In this document: piece by piece, positions 41,331 to 52,256 of the stretch
How the letters are laid out: every line of letters starts with the position of its first letter
Position numbering within the stretch: position 1 is the first letter of the stretch
DNA from: Candidatus Marinacidobacterales bacterium
GTDB lineage: Bacteria; Acidobacteriota; Vicinamibacteria; Marinacidobacterales; SMYC01
Reading direction: 5' to 3'
Length of the DNA: 64,000 nt
NCBI GenBank assembly: GCA_965237955.1
Contig: OZ250169.1
Location: 6,976,001 to 7,040,000, forward strand
Notes under the pieces: generated by a model
Told to the model about the DNA's origin: nothing
Databases searched by the model: none
The model's input: only the letters and a program-made list of their open reading frames with translations
Position numbers and translations under genes: made by a program

Positions 41331-42502
41331 TCAGATAACTAATTCCAGGTATATAGCGCCTCTCGTAGGTCGATCCTGATTTCCAAAACCGAGCTCGAAG
41401 GCCAGGCGCACGCGGGGATGGAGCCAGATCTTCAGTCCGGGGAAGAACTCGAAGAAAGATTTGGCGGGATCGGCCGTGCCGGGAGGAGGGCCGCGAACGA
41501 GCTCCGCGCGAGCTGTCACCACGAGCTCGTCGCGGATGGCGAAGTCGAGTTGGGCGAAACCGCCAGAGAAGCTCAGCGCTTCGTTCGTCCCGCCGGGGTT
41601 CGCCGGATTTGCGAACGAGTTCGCGTTCCGGCCGTAGAGAAACGTGCCATAGACGTGGGCTTGCCCGAGGTACACCGATACATCACCACCGAAGCGCAAG
41701 AGGTCATCATCCCAATTCAGAATCTCCTGCTCGATCATTCTTGCGAGCCTGTTGCGGCCCCAGTACACGTACATCCCCGCCCGGCCTTCGCCGAAGCGGC
41801 GCATCAAGCGGCCGAAAACATTCGCGTCGAACTGCCCGCGCTTCCTAGAAGCTCGGTTTGCTCCTCGCTTTCGTTCGCATCCACGACCGAGATCGACCAG
41901 CGGGTCGCGTCATCGATGAAGCCGCCGAGCTCGAGGCCGTCATGATGAACCCCGATGTTGTCCGTCTCGAATCCGGTATTCGCAAAATAGATTTCGTAGC
42001 GGAAGAGCTGCGGTGTCCTCGTTTGCGTGAACGGAAGGTCGAGCTCGATACGCCCGCCTCGGACGTAGATCTCGTCGGGAGCCAGCTCGACTCGCAGGAA
42101 GGCGTTGTCCAACCCGACCCGTGTCGAGTCCTCACTTTCGATGACGTAGTTGTCGTCGATCCAATAGGACACGCGGCTTCCAAGATTGCCGGCGCTCACG
42201 AGTCGGAACAGCCCGCGCGTCTGAGCGTCGCCTTTCTCTTCGAACGTCTGACGCAGCGTGGCGCGCAAGCTCACCGGAACCGATCTCAGCCAGTCCGAGA
42301 CTTCGGTCACGTCGTCGTCGAGACGATAACCCCTCTCTTTGAACTGTTCGCCCAAAACGCTGAGCTGGGGATAACCGTCGTGGCAGAAATGACACGGGAG
42401 CTGGTAGCGCCGGGCGAAGGCAGGAATCGCATCCGCGGCCTCGGGCACGATGACCGAGACGGTCCAGAACAGAAGAAGAAAACGGAACGGGCATTTGAGC
42501 AT
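41331..42502 (-). CDS. Cyc2-like fused monoheme cytochrome c and beta-barrel porin; frameshift near 41833
   Basis: Signal peptide, then IPAFARRYQLPCHFCHDGYPQLSVLGEQFKERGY; alternating beta-strand pattern to the C-terminus. Confidence 0.8.
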
Positions 42503-42697
42503 GGGGAGATGAAATCGTTATCCAAACGATATCAACAAGTTGCAGATTTGTCGAGATGCGTTTGCCAAACAAGGGTCTCTTGGTTAACAATCACTCACAC
42601 GAATCCGGAGGGGCGCCGGCGAACCCCGCTTCCGTGCAGGCGGCGTCCTGACGTAACGGCAGGCTGAAATAACGTATCCTCGAGAAATGGAGGGGCT

Positions 42698-43132
42698 GTG
42701 GATTTACTGAAGATTGCGAGCGTACCGGCCGCCACGGTTTCACCGACCTCCACGGTCGTCGACGCGGTGCATCTCATGAACGACCAGCGCGTCGGAGCCG
42801 TCGCGGTCACGAACGACAACACGTTGGCAGGCATTTTCACGGAGCGCGACTTGATGATCCGAGTCGTGTTGGAAGGCAAGGATCCGAAAACGACTCCAGT
42901 TGGCGACGTCATGACGGCGAACTGCACCTCGGCCCAAAAAGACATGTCGATGGGCGAAGCGCTCCAGATCATGACCGAGAAGCATTTCCGTCACCTCCCA
43001 GTCGTCGACGACGACAATCAGGTATTGGGGTTGTTGTCGATACGGAACTTGCTACACCAGCGAGTGGACAAGCTCAGTCAGGAGTTGGATTCCGTCGTAG
43101 CTTTCTTTACCGCCGACGGCATTGGTGGTTGA
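42698..43132 (+). CDS. CBS-pair domain protein
   Basis: GIFTERDL, VGDVMT, FRHLPVVD, GLLSIRNL. Confidence 0.92.
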   Translation: MDLLKIASVPAATVSPTSTVVDAVHLMNDQRVGAVAVTNDNTLAGIFTERDLMIRVVLEGKDPKTTPVGDVMTANCTSAQKDMSMGEALQIMTEKHFRHLPVVDDDNQVLGLLSIRNLLHQRVDKLSQELDSVVAFFTADGIGG

Positions 43133-43138
43133 GTCGGC

Positions 43139-43709
43139 GGTCGCTATCCGCTTCCCGCCGTCCGCTATCCGTGGTTGAGCAGACCGGGTAGCGGATTGCG
43201 GAAAGCTGCCACCATAGAATGCCCAATGAAACACCTCCGAAAAACCCTAACCTTCGAAGTTCCCGCGCGCATGGACTTCGTGAATATCACGTCAGACATT
43301 GAAGATGCCGTACGTGAGAGCGGTGTCGCGGAGGGCCTTTGCCTCGTGAACGCGATGCACATTACCGCGTCGGTGTTCATCAACGATGACGAGCCCGGCC
43401 TTCATGAAGACTACAAGAAGTGGCTCGCACCGTTCGATGCCAGCCCCGAGCGCTATCACCACAACCGCACCGGCGAAGACAACGGCGATGCGCACCACAA
43501 ACGCCAGGTGATGGGCCGCGAAATCGTCGTCGCCATCACCGAAGGCAAGCTCGACTTCGGCCCGTGGGAGCAAATCTTCTACGGCGAGTTCGACGGCCGA
43601 AGGGCGAAGCGAGTTTTGGTGAAGATTATTGGGGATTAGGCGCTAAGTTTCGCCGCCCGCTACCCGGTCTGCAAACCGGACGGCGGACGGCGGGAAGCGG
43701 ATAGCGACC
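43139..43709. repeat. Long inverted repeats bracketing yjbQ
   Basis: Perfect 27-bp IR (43139-43165 / 43683-43709) plus a perfect 16-bp inner IR (43179-43194 / 43657-43672). Confidence 0.9.
43226..43639 (+). CDS. yjbQ: UPF0047/YjbQ family protein
   Basis: [39 protein letters not shown]. Confidence 0.93.
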   Translation: MKHLRKTLTFEVPARMDFVNITSDIEDAVRESGVAEGLCLVNAMHITASVFINDDEPGLHEDYKKWLAPFDASPERYHHNRTGEDNGDAHHKRQVMGREIVVAITEGKLDFGPWEQIFYGEFDGRRAKRVLVKIIGD

Positions 43710-44072
43710 TCAATCGCATTTCGCGAATTGACTTCCACCGAGCCGCTGGCACACTGTCGGGGCACGAGCGGCCTTTCCGCCGTCGAGCAATACCGCATCG
43801 CTCCACCCCTCGGGCACGGGCTGTTCGAGCACGTCGAGGACGCCGAGGTCCACGGCGCCTATTCGCATCGCCTGGTAACGCAGATAAGGGATGAGCTCAT
43901 CGAAATTTCCAGGATGTGCGACCGCGAGAAAGGTCTCGCCTTGTTTCATGTCGAGGCGCTCAATGATCTTCTTCGCCATCGCTTCGTAGTCGAGCTCGAA
44001 CCGAGGTGGCACCGATTGCGCATGCACGGATGCCGTCATCACGACACTCAGAACCCAAACGCCGACTCTCAT
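43710..44072 (-). pseudogene. Secreted protein, apparently C-terminally truncated
   Basis: Signal peptide (..SVHA-Q), then about 90 protein-like residues ending beside the inverted repeat. Confidence 0.5.
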
Positions 44073-44284
44073 CGCTTCCTGTACGGATCGTCTTTGGCAA
44101 GCAGCCAGCCGACGACGAAAAACACCGCACCCGCCCCGGTCACCGCGAGCATCGATCGCATCTGGCTGCTGCCGAAGAACATGAACATCGCCCAGGTCAC
44201 GAGCAACATGCCGAAAATCTGAAGCGCGCGCCCGATGTAGTAGCGAATCCACGCGCTCCAGTTGACCTTTTTCTTCTTGGCCAC
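44069..44284 (-). CDS. Small two-TM membrane protein
   Basis: GTG start, two hydrophobic segments, ATGA overlap with the next gene. Confidence 0.7.
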   Translation of the reverse strand: MAKKKKVNWSAWIRYYIGRALQIFGMLLVTWAMFMFFGSSQMRSMLAVTGAGAVFFVVGWLLAKDDPYRKR

Positions 44285-44309
44285 GCTTGTCAGGTCTTTC
44301 TCAGATGGC

Positions 44310-46025
44310 TCAGATTCGGCCGAAGTTACGCTCGATCTGCTCGAGGCCGATGCGGAGCGTCGTGGGGCGTCCATGCGGGCACACGGTGGGCTGGCTCGCG
44401 CGCCACAGCTCGCGCACGAGATACTGCATCTTCTCCATCGCGAGCGGAAAGTTCACCTTGATCGCAGCGTGGCACGCGAGACGCGCGCCGATACGGCTCT
44501 GCGCTTCGATCACGGACGAGCTCCTACAATCACGCTCTGCTTCCCCGAGGGCGGCGCGGACGAGTCGCAAGGTGTCGAGACCCGCAAGCGACGCGGGCAC
44601 ACCCCGGACGACGAAGCTATCGCCGCCGAAGGGCTCGATGTCGTAACCGAAGGCAAGCAATTGGTCGAGCTCTTCTTCCATCGTGACACGCTCGGACGGC
44701 GTGAGCTCCAGTGGGAGCGGCGTCAACAAAAGCTGCTGTTCTCCACCTTCGCTCCTACCTACGAGCTCTTCGTAAAGAATGCGCTCGTGCGCGGCGTGTT
44801 GGTCGACGAGCCAGACGTCCTCGTCGTCAGCCGCAAGAATGTAACTCTCGCGGAACTGGCCGATGGGCGTCGGCGGCGTGTCGGCAAACTCGCTGAACGT
44901 CGGCGTCGTTTCCGGCGCGCGCTCGGCGAACAGTGCTTCCGCCATCGCTGTCCCCGACATCGCCGGCAATGGTTCTCTCACGGCAGAAGACACTGTGGAC
45001 GTCGACGTCGAGCTCGAAACGAAGACCTCTGGCGCGCGGCCATCGGCGGAGAGAGCGTTCCGCACGGAGGAGAACACCGCTTGATGCACGAGCTGCTGGT
45101 CGACGAAGCGCACTTCAGATTTCGACGGATGGACGTTGACGTCGAGCTTGTCCGGTGGCAGCTCGAGGAACAGGTACACGAGCGGCGTCCCCGATTTCGA
45201 CGAGACTTGGCGATAGGCATCCACCACCGCGTGCGTAAGAATTCGATCTTTGACCGGCCTCCCGTTGACATAAACATGAAGACGCGACGACGCTCCTCGG
45301 GACTCAGCCGGAGGTGACAACCATGCTTGGAGGGCCAGGCTTCCCACGTGATCATCGAGCGTGACCGCGCTCTCGATCCAGCTCTTTTCGACCTGGTAGA
45401 GGCGCTCCCGCTTCGATGAGACCGAGGGCACATCGAGGAGCGTGCGCTTTGCGTGCTCGAGGCGAAAGTGAACGTCGGGATAGCACACGGCGAGATTCGA
45501 CATCCGTTGAGCGATGTGGGTCGACTCGGTGACGTCGGCACGCAGAAACTTTCGTCGCGCGGGAACGTTCTCGAACAAACGCCGGACATCGACGATGGTA
45601 CCAGGCGGCAGCCCGAGCTCACCCTCACGAACGAGCTTTCCTCCCTCGATCGAAAGCTCGTAGCCGGCGTTCGAAGATGCCTCGCGCGTTTGTAGTGTGA
45701 AGTGGGACACCGATGCGATCGACGGGAGCGCTTCTCCTCGAAACCCCAACGTCGAGATGTTTACGAGATCTTCCGTCGAGAACAGCTTGCTCGTGGCGTG
45801 GCGTTCGAGCGCGAGTCGCGCGTCCTCGGGAGACATGCCGATGCCGTCGTCGACGACACGAATCCGATCTTTGCCGCTTTTCTCGATGAGCACGAAGACC
45901 GACTGCGCTCCGGCATCGAGAGAGTTCTCGACCAACTCTTTGACGACCGACGCCGGCCGCTCGACCACTTCGCCCGCGGCAATTTGATTCGCCAGAGCAT
46001 CGGGCATCAAGCGGATTTTGGTCAT
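44310..46025 (-). CDS. mutL: DNA mismatch repair protein MutL
   Basis: IAAGEVVERP, GFRGEAL, DQHAAHER, CPHGRP. Confidence 0.97.
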   Translation of the reverse strand: MTKIRLMPDALANQIAAGEVVERPASVVKELVENSLDAGAQSVFVLIEKSGKDRIRVVDDGIGMSPEDARLALERHATSKLFSTEDLVNISTLGFRGEALPSIASVSHFTLQTREASSNAGYELSIEGGKLVREGELGLPPGTIVDVRRLFENVPARRKFLRADVTESTHIAQRMSNLAVCYPDVHFRLEHAKRTLLDVPSVSSKRERLYQVEKSWIESAVTLDDHVGSLALQAWLSPPAESRGASSRLHVYVNGRPVKDRILTHAVVDAYRQVSSKSGTPLVYLFLELPPDKLDVNVHPSKSEVRFVDQQLVHQAVFSSVRNALSADGRAPEVFVSSSTSTSTVSSAVREPLPAMSGTAMAEALFAERAPETTPTFSEFADTPPTPIGQFRESYILAADDEDVWLVDQHAAHERILYEELVGRSEGGEQQLLLTPLPLELTPSERVTMEEELDQLLAFGYDIEPFGGDSFVVRGVPASLAGLDTLRLVRAALGEAERDCRSSSVIEAQSRIGARLACHAAIKVNFPLAMEKMQYLVRELWRASQPTVCPHGRPTTLRIGLEQIERNFGRI

Positions 46026-48127
46026 CGGTTCTCAGGAACGATTTCGGAGAGCTCGGCCACCTCGGAGAAGAGCGTTCGCAAGCGGTGGAGAAGCGCCAGG
46101 CGATTCTCGCGAAGTTTGTCGTCTTCCGTCATCACCAGAACCTCGTCGAAGAAACGATCGACGTGAGGCCTGAGGGTCGACAGTGTGCGGAGCGCGTCCT
46201 CGTACCGGCCGGCTTCGATTTGCTTGTTCGCGTCCGGCTCGATCGCGACCAGCGCCGCGAACAGGTCCTTTTCTTCTTTCTCGAAAAACACCGCCGGGTC
46301 GACGGCGCCGGTTGTCTGCCCGGACAAAATGTTGGCGACGCGCTTGAACGCCACGGACAGCGCTTCGAAGTCTTCCGAGTCTCTCAGAGCCGCAACCGCG
46401 GCGAGTCTCCGTTCGAGGTCGGTGACAGGTCTCTCGAGCGCGCCCAGCGCGAACACTGCGTTGATCTCGTCGTAGCGAAACGTGCGAGAAAAGACGAATC
46501 GCAGACGTTCGATGAAAAACTCGGATAGCTTCTCCAGTGCGTCTTTGTCGTCGACGGCTTCCGCCAGCAGTGTCTTGGGTGCGACGTCGATCGGGAACGA
46601 GAGCCGTTCACCGCTCTCGAGAAGAACGCGGATGATACCGAGCGCGGCCCGGCGTAACCCGAAGGGATCGCGCGAACCCGTGGGCACGATGCCGACGGAG
46701 AACATGGACGCGAGCGTATCGAGCTTGTCCGCAAGGGAGATCACTGCCCCTTCACGATTCAACGGGAAACCGTCGTCGTCTCCGAGACCCGTGGGCTCGT
46801 AGTGGCCGTACACCGCTTTCCACACCGGCTCCGGCTCACCTTGCTCCTTCGCGTAGAGACCTCCCATGACGCCTTGGAGCTCGGGGAACTCTCCGACCAT
46901 CCCGGTGACGAGGTCGCACTTGGCGAGCGCCGCGGCACGGCGTACCGGCGTTTCACGGGCGCCCGATTGGGCGGCGATCGCGACCGCGAGCGGCACCATG
47001 CGATCTTTCTTGGCGCGGTAGCTTCCGAGCTTCGCGTGGAACAAGACGCCGTCGAGCTCTTGTTCCCGATCCGCGAGCGGCTTTCTCAGATCGTCGTCCC
47101 AGAAAAACTTGGCATCCTGCAACCGCGCGACCACGACACGCTCCGCACCCCGTTTCATGTTGCCCTTGGGATCCGACCCCATGTTGGTCGGCGCGATGAA
47201 CGCCGCGGTGTTCGCGAGCGGGAAGTAATGTTGATGGTGGATCAACACCGTATGCCGAACTTCTTCGGGGAGACTCAGAAACGCCTCAGGGTAGGATCCC
47301 ATCACCGCGCCCGGCCATTCGACGAGCTCGGCAACGAGCGCCGGGTCGAGACCCGGAGCCCGCTCGGCACGCGCCTTGGCTTCGAGCTTCTCGAGGGCTT
47401 TCAAGAGCCGCTCGCGACGCTCCGCGGGGTCGAGAACGACATAGTGCTGCTTGAGCTTCGCCTTCAGCTCTTTGAAGCTCGCGACCGTGAACGGCTGCCC
47501 GGCACGTTTGCCTTTGGGCGCGAGAAAGCGGTGGCCTCGAGATTTCCGTCCGCTCACAACCGCCGGCGAGCCTGTTACCCGTATCTCGAAGGGCACGATC
47601 CGCGTCCCGAAAAGGGCCACCATCCAGCGGATAGGTCGCCCGAACGGCAGGGTTGTGCCGTCTTTCAAAGTCGCGTCCCAGCGCATGAACTTGGGAAAAG
47701 AAAGGCCGCGCAGAACGTTCGTCATCACCTCGGGCAAAAGCTCGACCGTTTTCCGACCTGGCGTCGTCTTCTCGAACCCGATGTAATCGCCCTTCGGCGT
47801 CGACACGACCGCGAGCTCGTTCGGTGAGACCGAGCTCTTCTTCGCGAAGCCGAGCGCGGCTTTGGTCCACTCGCCTCGATCGTCGCGAGCGATCTTGACG
47901 GGAGGCCCGGTGACCTGCTCGGTGCGGTCGGCTTGGGTCTCGACGAGCTTGGGCACATGGACGACGAGCCGCCGCAACGTTCCACACGCGGTGACACCCT
48001 CGGGCACGAGGCCGGCCTCGGACAACTCCTTCTCTAAGAGCTTGCCGAGCTCTTCGATGAGCGGCGGGAGCCACGACGCAGGAATCTCCTCGCATCCGAT
48101 CTCCCAGAGGAACGGAATCTTTTTCAT
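46022..48127 (-). CDS. glyS: Glycine--tRNA ligase beta subunit
   Basis: [41 protein letters not shown]. Confidence 0.96.
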   Translation of the reverse strand: MKKIPFLWEIGCEEIPASWLPPLIEELGKLLEKELSEAGLVPEGVTACGTLRRLVVHVPKLVETQADRTEQVTGPPVKIARDDRGEWTKAALGFAKKSSVSPNELAVVSTPKGDYIGFEKTTPGRKTVELLPEVMTNVLRGLSFPKFMRWDATLKDGTTLPFGRPIRWMVALFGTRIVPFEIRVTGSPAVVSGRKSRGHRFLAPKGKRAGQPFTVASFKELKAKLKQHYVVLDPAERRERLLKALEKLEAKARAERAPGLDPALVAELVEWPGAVMGSYPEAFLSLPEEVRHTVLIHHQHYFPLANTAAFIAPTNMGSDPKGNMKRGAERVVVARLQDAKFFWDDDLRKPLADREQELDGVLFHAKLGSYRAKKDRMVPLAVAIAAQSGARETPVRRAAALAKCDLVTGMVGEFPELQGVMGGLYAKEQGEPEPVWKAVYGHYEPTGLGDDDGFPLNREGAVISLADKLDTLASMFSVGIVPTGSRDPFGLRRAALGIIRVLLESGERLSFPIDVAPKTLLAEAVDDKDALEKLSEFFIERLRFVFSRTFRYDEINAVFALGALERPVTDLERRLAAVAALRDSEDFEALSVAFKRVANILSGQTTGAVDPAVFFEKEEKDLFAALVAIEPDANKQIEAGRYEDALRTLSTLRPHVDRFFDEVLVMTEDDKLRENRLALLHRLRTLFSEVAELSEIVPENR

Positions 48128-48984
48128 GGAGCTTCCTCAGCTTCCTCTTTTGGGCCCACATAGGCTTTGGCCACCGCGCACGCGAGCTCGCGCACTTTCA
48201 AAATCATCGCCATGCGCTCGTTCACGGAGATCGCGCCGCGAGCGTCGAGCGTGTTGAACAGATGCGAGCACTTCAGCGTGTGCTCGTACGCGGGCAGCAC
48301 GAGACCATCGCTCAAGAGTCTCTCGGCATCGCTCCGAATCTCTTCGAAGTGGCGCCGGGTGAGCTCGACGTTCGCGGCGTCGAAGCTGAATCGTGAGCCT
48401 TCGACTTCGTCGCGATGACGCACGTCGCGATACGGAACACCAGGAGCCCACTCGAGATCGTAGACGTCGTCCACGTTCTGGAGGTACATGTCCAAACGCT
48501 CGAGCCCGTAGGTGATCTCACCCGAAATTGGAGCGAGCTCGATGCCACCCGCCTGCTGGAAGTATGTAAACTGGCTGATCTCGAGCCCATCCAGGAGCAC
48601 TTGCCAGCCGATGCCCCAGGCACCGAGCGTGGGAGACTCCCAGTTGTCTTCCTCGAACCGGATGTCGTGCTCGCGCGGATCGATCCCGCACGCGACGAGA
48701 CTCTCCAGATACAGGTCCTGGATATCGTGCGGCGGCGGCTTCAAGATGAGCTGCAACTGGTGGTGCTTGTAGAGGCGGTTCGGATTGTCCCCGTAGCGCC
48801 CATCCGCCGGTCGCCGGGACGGCTGGACGTACACGACGTTCCAAGGGTCGGGGCCCAGGACCCGCAGGAACGTCTCCGGGTGCATCGTGCCAGCGCCCAT
48901 CTCGGTGTCGTAAGGCTGTTGGACCAGGACGCCGCGGTCCGACCAGAATTTCGTGAGAGTAAAGATCAGCTCTTGGAGAGTCAT
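48124..48984 (-). CDS. glyQ: Glycine--tRNA ligase alpha subunit
   Basis: [38 protein letters not shown]. Confidence 0.97.
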   Translation of the reverse strand: MTLQELIFTLTKFWSDRGVLVQQPYDTEMGAGTMHPETFLRVLGPDPWNVVYVQPSRRPADGRYGDNPNRLYKHHQLQLILKPPPHDIQDLYLESLVACGIDPREHDIRFEEDNWESPTLGAWGIGWQVLLDGLEISQFTYFQQAGGIELAPISGEITYGLERLDMYLQNVDDVYDLEWAPGVPYRDVRHRDEVEGSRFSFDAANVELTRRHFEEIRSDAERLLSDGLVLPAYEHTLKCSHLFNTLDARGAISVNERMAMILKVRELACAVAKAYVGPKEEAEEAP

Positions 48985-49736
48985 CGACCTTGGCTCTCGC
49001 GCAGCAAGTCCTCGAATACCCGATGTGATTTCAAATCCTTTTCCAATTGCTCCTGGATGAGGCGGTAGTGGAACACGCCGAGCTCCCGGAGCACGTTCGG
49101 TGCCTCCGGTGGCGCCAGCTCGTCGGGCGGCTGGCTCCAAATGGCATCAACGTAGCGGACCGACTGCGGGGACAAGAATACCCCGGTGCTGAGGCAACGC
49201 CCGCATTCGATACGCTGCTCGGACGCGAGATAGCGCGCGCCCTCGTCGGCGAGCGCGCGGCCGCAGGACGGACAGCTCGTTCTCCTGGGATACCATCCTA
49301 CGAGTCGCAGAAGCCACGCTTCGAAGTACCGGGCGCGCGTCTCCGGACTCGGGCGCTCGGCGAGAGCACCTATTGTCGCGCGGAGCAACCGATAAAGGCG
49401 TTCGTTGGGCTCGCGCTCGGGCGCGAAACTATCTATTAGTTCGGTCACGTAACCGAGAGTCGACGCAAGAATGGGTTCTCCCAGCTTCGAAAACCTGGAA
49501 CGGACTATATCACAGCGATCGACGCTCACGAGCTCGCGGCTCTCCTTCTCGAAGAAGGTGAGCTCCACTTCCGTCCCCATTTCGAGGCTCGCGCCGAAGC
49601 GGGAGCGCGGTCGACGCGCCGCCCGCGCCATCCCGCGGAGCTTTCCGTACTCTTGGGTGAAAAAGACGACGATCTTGTCAGACTCGCCCACCTTGTAGCT
49701 TCGCAAGACGATGGCCAACGCCCGCCGCAGAGGCAT
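48981..49736 (-). CDS. recO: DNA repair protein RecO
   Basis: [18 protein letters not shown]; zinc motif CPSC..CGRC; era-recO-glyQ synteny. Confidence 0.93.
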   Translation of the reverse strand: MPLRRALAIVLRSYKVGESDKIVVFFTQEYGKLRGMARAARRPRSRFGASLEMGTEVELTFFEKESRELVSVDRCDIVRSRFSKLGEPILASTLGYVTELIDSFAPEREPNERLYRLLRATIGALAERPSPETRARYFEAWLLRLVGWYPRRTSCPSCGRALADEGARYLASEQRIECGRCLSTGVFLSPQSVRYVDAIWSQPPDELAPPEAPNVLRELGVFHYRLIQEQLEKDLKSHRVFEDLLRESQGR

Positions 49737-49745
49737 GAAGCGATC

Positions 49746-51104
49746 TTAGAACCGAGCCAGGGCCAGCGCACCCAATCCGAGAAACAGCAAGAACCCGGTG
49801 ACGTCGGTGGCCGTGGTCACGAATACCGAGGACGCGAGCGCTGGGTCGATCTTGAGCCACCGCAGGAACAGCGGGACGAGCGTCCCGGTCACCGCGGCCA
49901 CGAGGAGCGTTCCGAGCATCGCGAGCGACAGCACTGCGCCGATGATGGGGTCGCCCTTCCATAGAAACGCGACGACGCCGACGAGAGCTCCGAGGACGAT
50001 CCCATTGGCAACGCCGACCACGAACTCTTTGACGAGCGCCTTGCGGCTGTTCGCCCATGAGAGCTCACCGAGGGCGATGCCACGCACCATGACGGTCAGG
50101 GTTTGGTTTCCAGCATTTCCAGCGAGAAGCGGCACGACGGGCATGAACACCGCGAGGGTCGCGAACTGCGCGATCGTTCCCTCGAACTGCGCGACGACGA
50201 GCGCGGCGAGAAACGCGGTGGCAAGGTTCACGACGAGCCAGGGAATGCGTTTGCGAATCGACGTCCGTGGCGGCGTGAAGACGCGCTCTTCGACGTCGAG
50301 ACCGGCGAGGCGGTACATGTCCTCGGTGGCCTCTTCTTTGATCACGTCGATAACATCGTCGACGGTGATGACGCCGACGAGCTTGTTCTGTGTGTCGACG
50401 ACGGGAATGGCGAGGATGTTGTACGAGGCGACGAGCTGGGAGACCTCCTCCTGATCGGTGTCCGTCGTCACCCGGATGACGTCGGTCTCCATGATGTCCT
50501 TGAGCGGGATCTCGGGGCGTTTCAGAAGAAGCTGTCGCAACGACAACACGCCGACAAGGTTCCCGTGTTCGTCGACGACATAGATGTAGAAGACCATTTC
50601 CAGGTCGCCGGCGTCCTGAAGCTCGCGGATCGCCTCCTCCACCGTGCTCTCTTCCTCGAGAGAGAACACCTTCGGGCTCATGATGCGGCCCGCGGTCTGC
50701 TCCGGGTATTGCAGGAGATCCTCGACCTCCGAGGCCTCCTTTTCGCGCATCGCGCCGAGAATCTCTTCCTGGAGCTCGTCGGGCAGATCGGCGACGAAAT
50801 CCGCGGCGTCGTCGGGATCGAGCTCTTGGAGGATCAAAGAGATCTCCTGAGACGACATATCCGACAAGATCACGGCGCCGCGCTCGGGCCCGAGCTCGGA
50901 AAGCGCCTCGCTCGCGAGCGTCAAGTCACGCCGGTAGAGCGTTTTGAAGGTGTCGCGACGAAGGTGCTCGGAGAGATCGCCGAGGATGGCGGCGATGTCA
51001 GAGGGATGGAGACGATTGAGGATCTTGTATGCGTTGACGTACGCACCCCTCGCGACGAGCTTCCGCACGGTCTCGGCGAGTAGAGGTGTCCGGGTCAACG
51101 GCAT
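49746..51104 (-). CDS. mgtE: Magnesium transporter MgtE
   Basis: TAGRIM, CBS pair, GNAGNQ, DPALASSVFVTTATD. Confidence 0.96.
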   Translation of the reverse strand: MPLTRTPLLAETVRKLVARGAYVNAYKILNRLHPSDIAAILGDLSEHLRRDTFKTLYRRDLTLASEALSELGPERGAVILSDMSSQEISLILQELDPDDAADFVADLPDELQEEILGAMREKEASEVEDLLQYPEQTAGRIMSPKVFSLEEESTVEEAIRELQDAGDLEMVFYIYVVDEHGNLVGVLSLRQLLLKRPEIPLKDIMETDVIRVTTDTDQEEVSQLVASYNILAIPVVDTQNKLVGVITVDDVIDVIKEEATEDMYRLAGLDVEERVFTPPRTSIRKRIPWLVVNLATAFLAALVVAQFEGTIAQFATLAVFMPVVPLLAGNAGNQTLTVMVRGIALGELSWANSRKALVKEFVVGVANGIVLGALVGVVAFLWKGDPIIGAVLSLAMLGTLLVAAVTGTLVPLFLRWLKIDPALASSVFVTTATDVTGFLLFLGLGALALARF

Positions 51105-51289
51105 CGTGAAAACCTATCGGAATCAATTCGGCCATCGGTAGCTTGTAGACTAGCACAAGTGCTTTCGAGGGCCAACCCCTTTTCAGCCAAAACTGGTGTA
51201 TTTTCTTCGATTTAGGGCCCTGCCCGCACCCGGCCGCCTTCGGAGAGGTTTGTGCGGGGCGGGGAGATCGGCTTCGTTGGGCGTTGGGG

Positions 51290-52168
51290 TTAGCTGTTGA
51301 TGCCTAGGTCGGTTAGCGTTCTCTTGTTGTCGCGCCAGTCGCCTCGGACTTTTACGTGTATGCCTAGGTAGACTTTTGTGCCGAGGAACTTTTCGGCGTC
51401 TTCCCGGGCGGCGGTTCCGATCTTTTTCATCATACCGCCGCCCTTGCCTACGAGAATCGCCTTCTGCGATTCTCGCTCGACGAAAATGGACGCTTCGATG
51501 CGGGTGAGCGCGGAGCCCTCTTCCCACGCTTCGACAACGACCGCGGTCGAATGCGGCACCTCCTGCCGGGTCAGGCGCAAAATCTTTTCCCGCACCATCT
51601 CGGCGACGAAGAACCGCTCCGGTAGATCGGTCAGAGTTTCCTCCGGATAGAGCGCTTCGCCTTCGGGGAGATGCTCGACGAGAACCTTCTCGAGACGGTC
51701 CACGTTGTCGCCGGTGAGGGCGGAGAACGGGACGATGTCGACGAAGTCGTGCAGGTGACGGTAGCGCTCGATGACCGGGAGAATCTCTTGCTTTTTCTTC
51801 GCATCGATCTTGTTGATGCCGAGTACGACCGGCACCTCGACTTTCTTGATAAGCCCAAGGACGTGCTCGTCTCCGCGGCCAAACGGCTGCTCGATATCGA
51901 GCACGAGCAGGACGAGGTCCACGCGCTTCAAGCTCTGAACCGCAGTCTCCAGCATGACACGGTCCATCTCGTAGTGCGGTTTGTGGATACCAGGAGTATC
52001 GAAGAACACCAGCTGGGCGTCGGGTTTGTTTCTGATGGCGAGGATGCGATTCCGTGTCGTCTGCGGCTTGGGGGTTACGATCGCGACCTTCCGCCCGACG
52101 AGGCGGTTGACGAGCGTAGACTTCCCGACATTGGGCCGCCCTATTATGGTGATGAACCCAGCGCGCAC
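51290..52168 (-). CDS. era: GTPase Era
   Basis: GRPNVGKST, DTPG, NKID, KH domain VGKGG. Confidence 0.96.
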   Translation of the reverse strand: MRAGFITIIGRPNVGKSTLVNRLVGRKVAIVTPKPQTTRNRILAIRNKPDAQLVFFDTPGIHKPHYEMDRVMLETAVQSLKRVDLVLLVLDIEQPFGRGDEHVLGLIKKVEVPVVLGINKIDAKKKQEILPVIERYRHLHDFVDIVPFSALTGDNVDRLEKVLVEHLPEGEALYPEETLTDLPERFFVAEMVREKILRLTRQEVPHSTAVVVEAWEEGSALTRIEASIFVERESQKAILVGKGGGMMKKIGTAAREDAEKFLGTKVYLGIHVKVRGDWRDNKRTLTDLGINS

Positions 52169-52180
52169 GATCTTCTTTTT

Positions 52181-52247
52181 AACGCAAAGGCGCAAGGGCG
52201 CAAGGGCGCAAAGTGAATTGGACTTGGCGCCTTTGCGTCTTTGCGTT
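52181..52247. repeat. Palindromic hairpin built from CGCAA(A/G)GG octamers
   Basis: AACGCAAAGGCGCAAGGGCGC...GCGCCTTTGCGTCTTTGCGTT; the loop contains GTGAATTGGAC. Confidence 0.85.
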
Positions 52248-52256
52248 GGAAAAGAA

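Noticed and set aside
51105-51290. M-box riboswitch upstream of mgtE
   Set aside because: Only a GC hairpin is present and no recognisable M-box conserved sequence.
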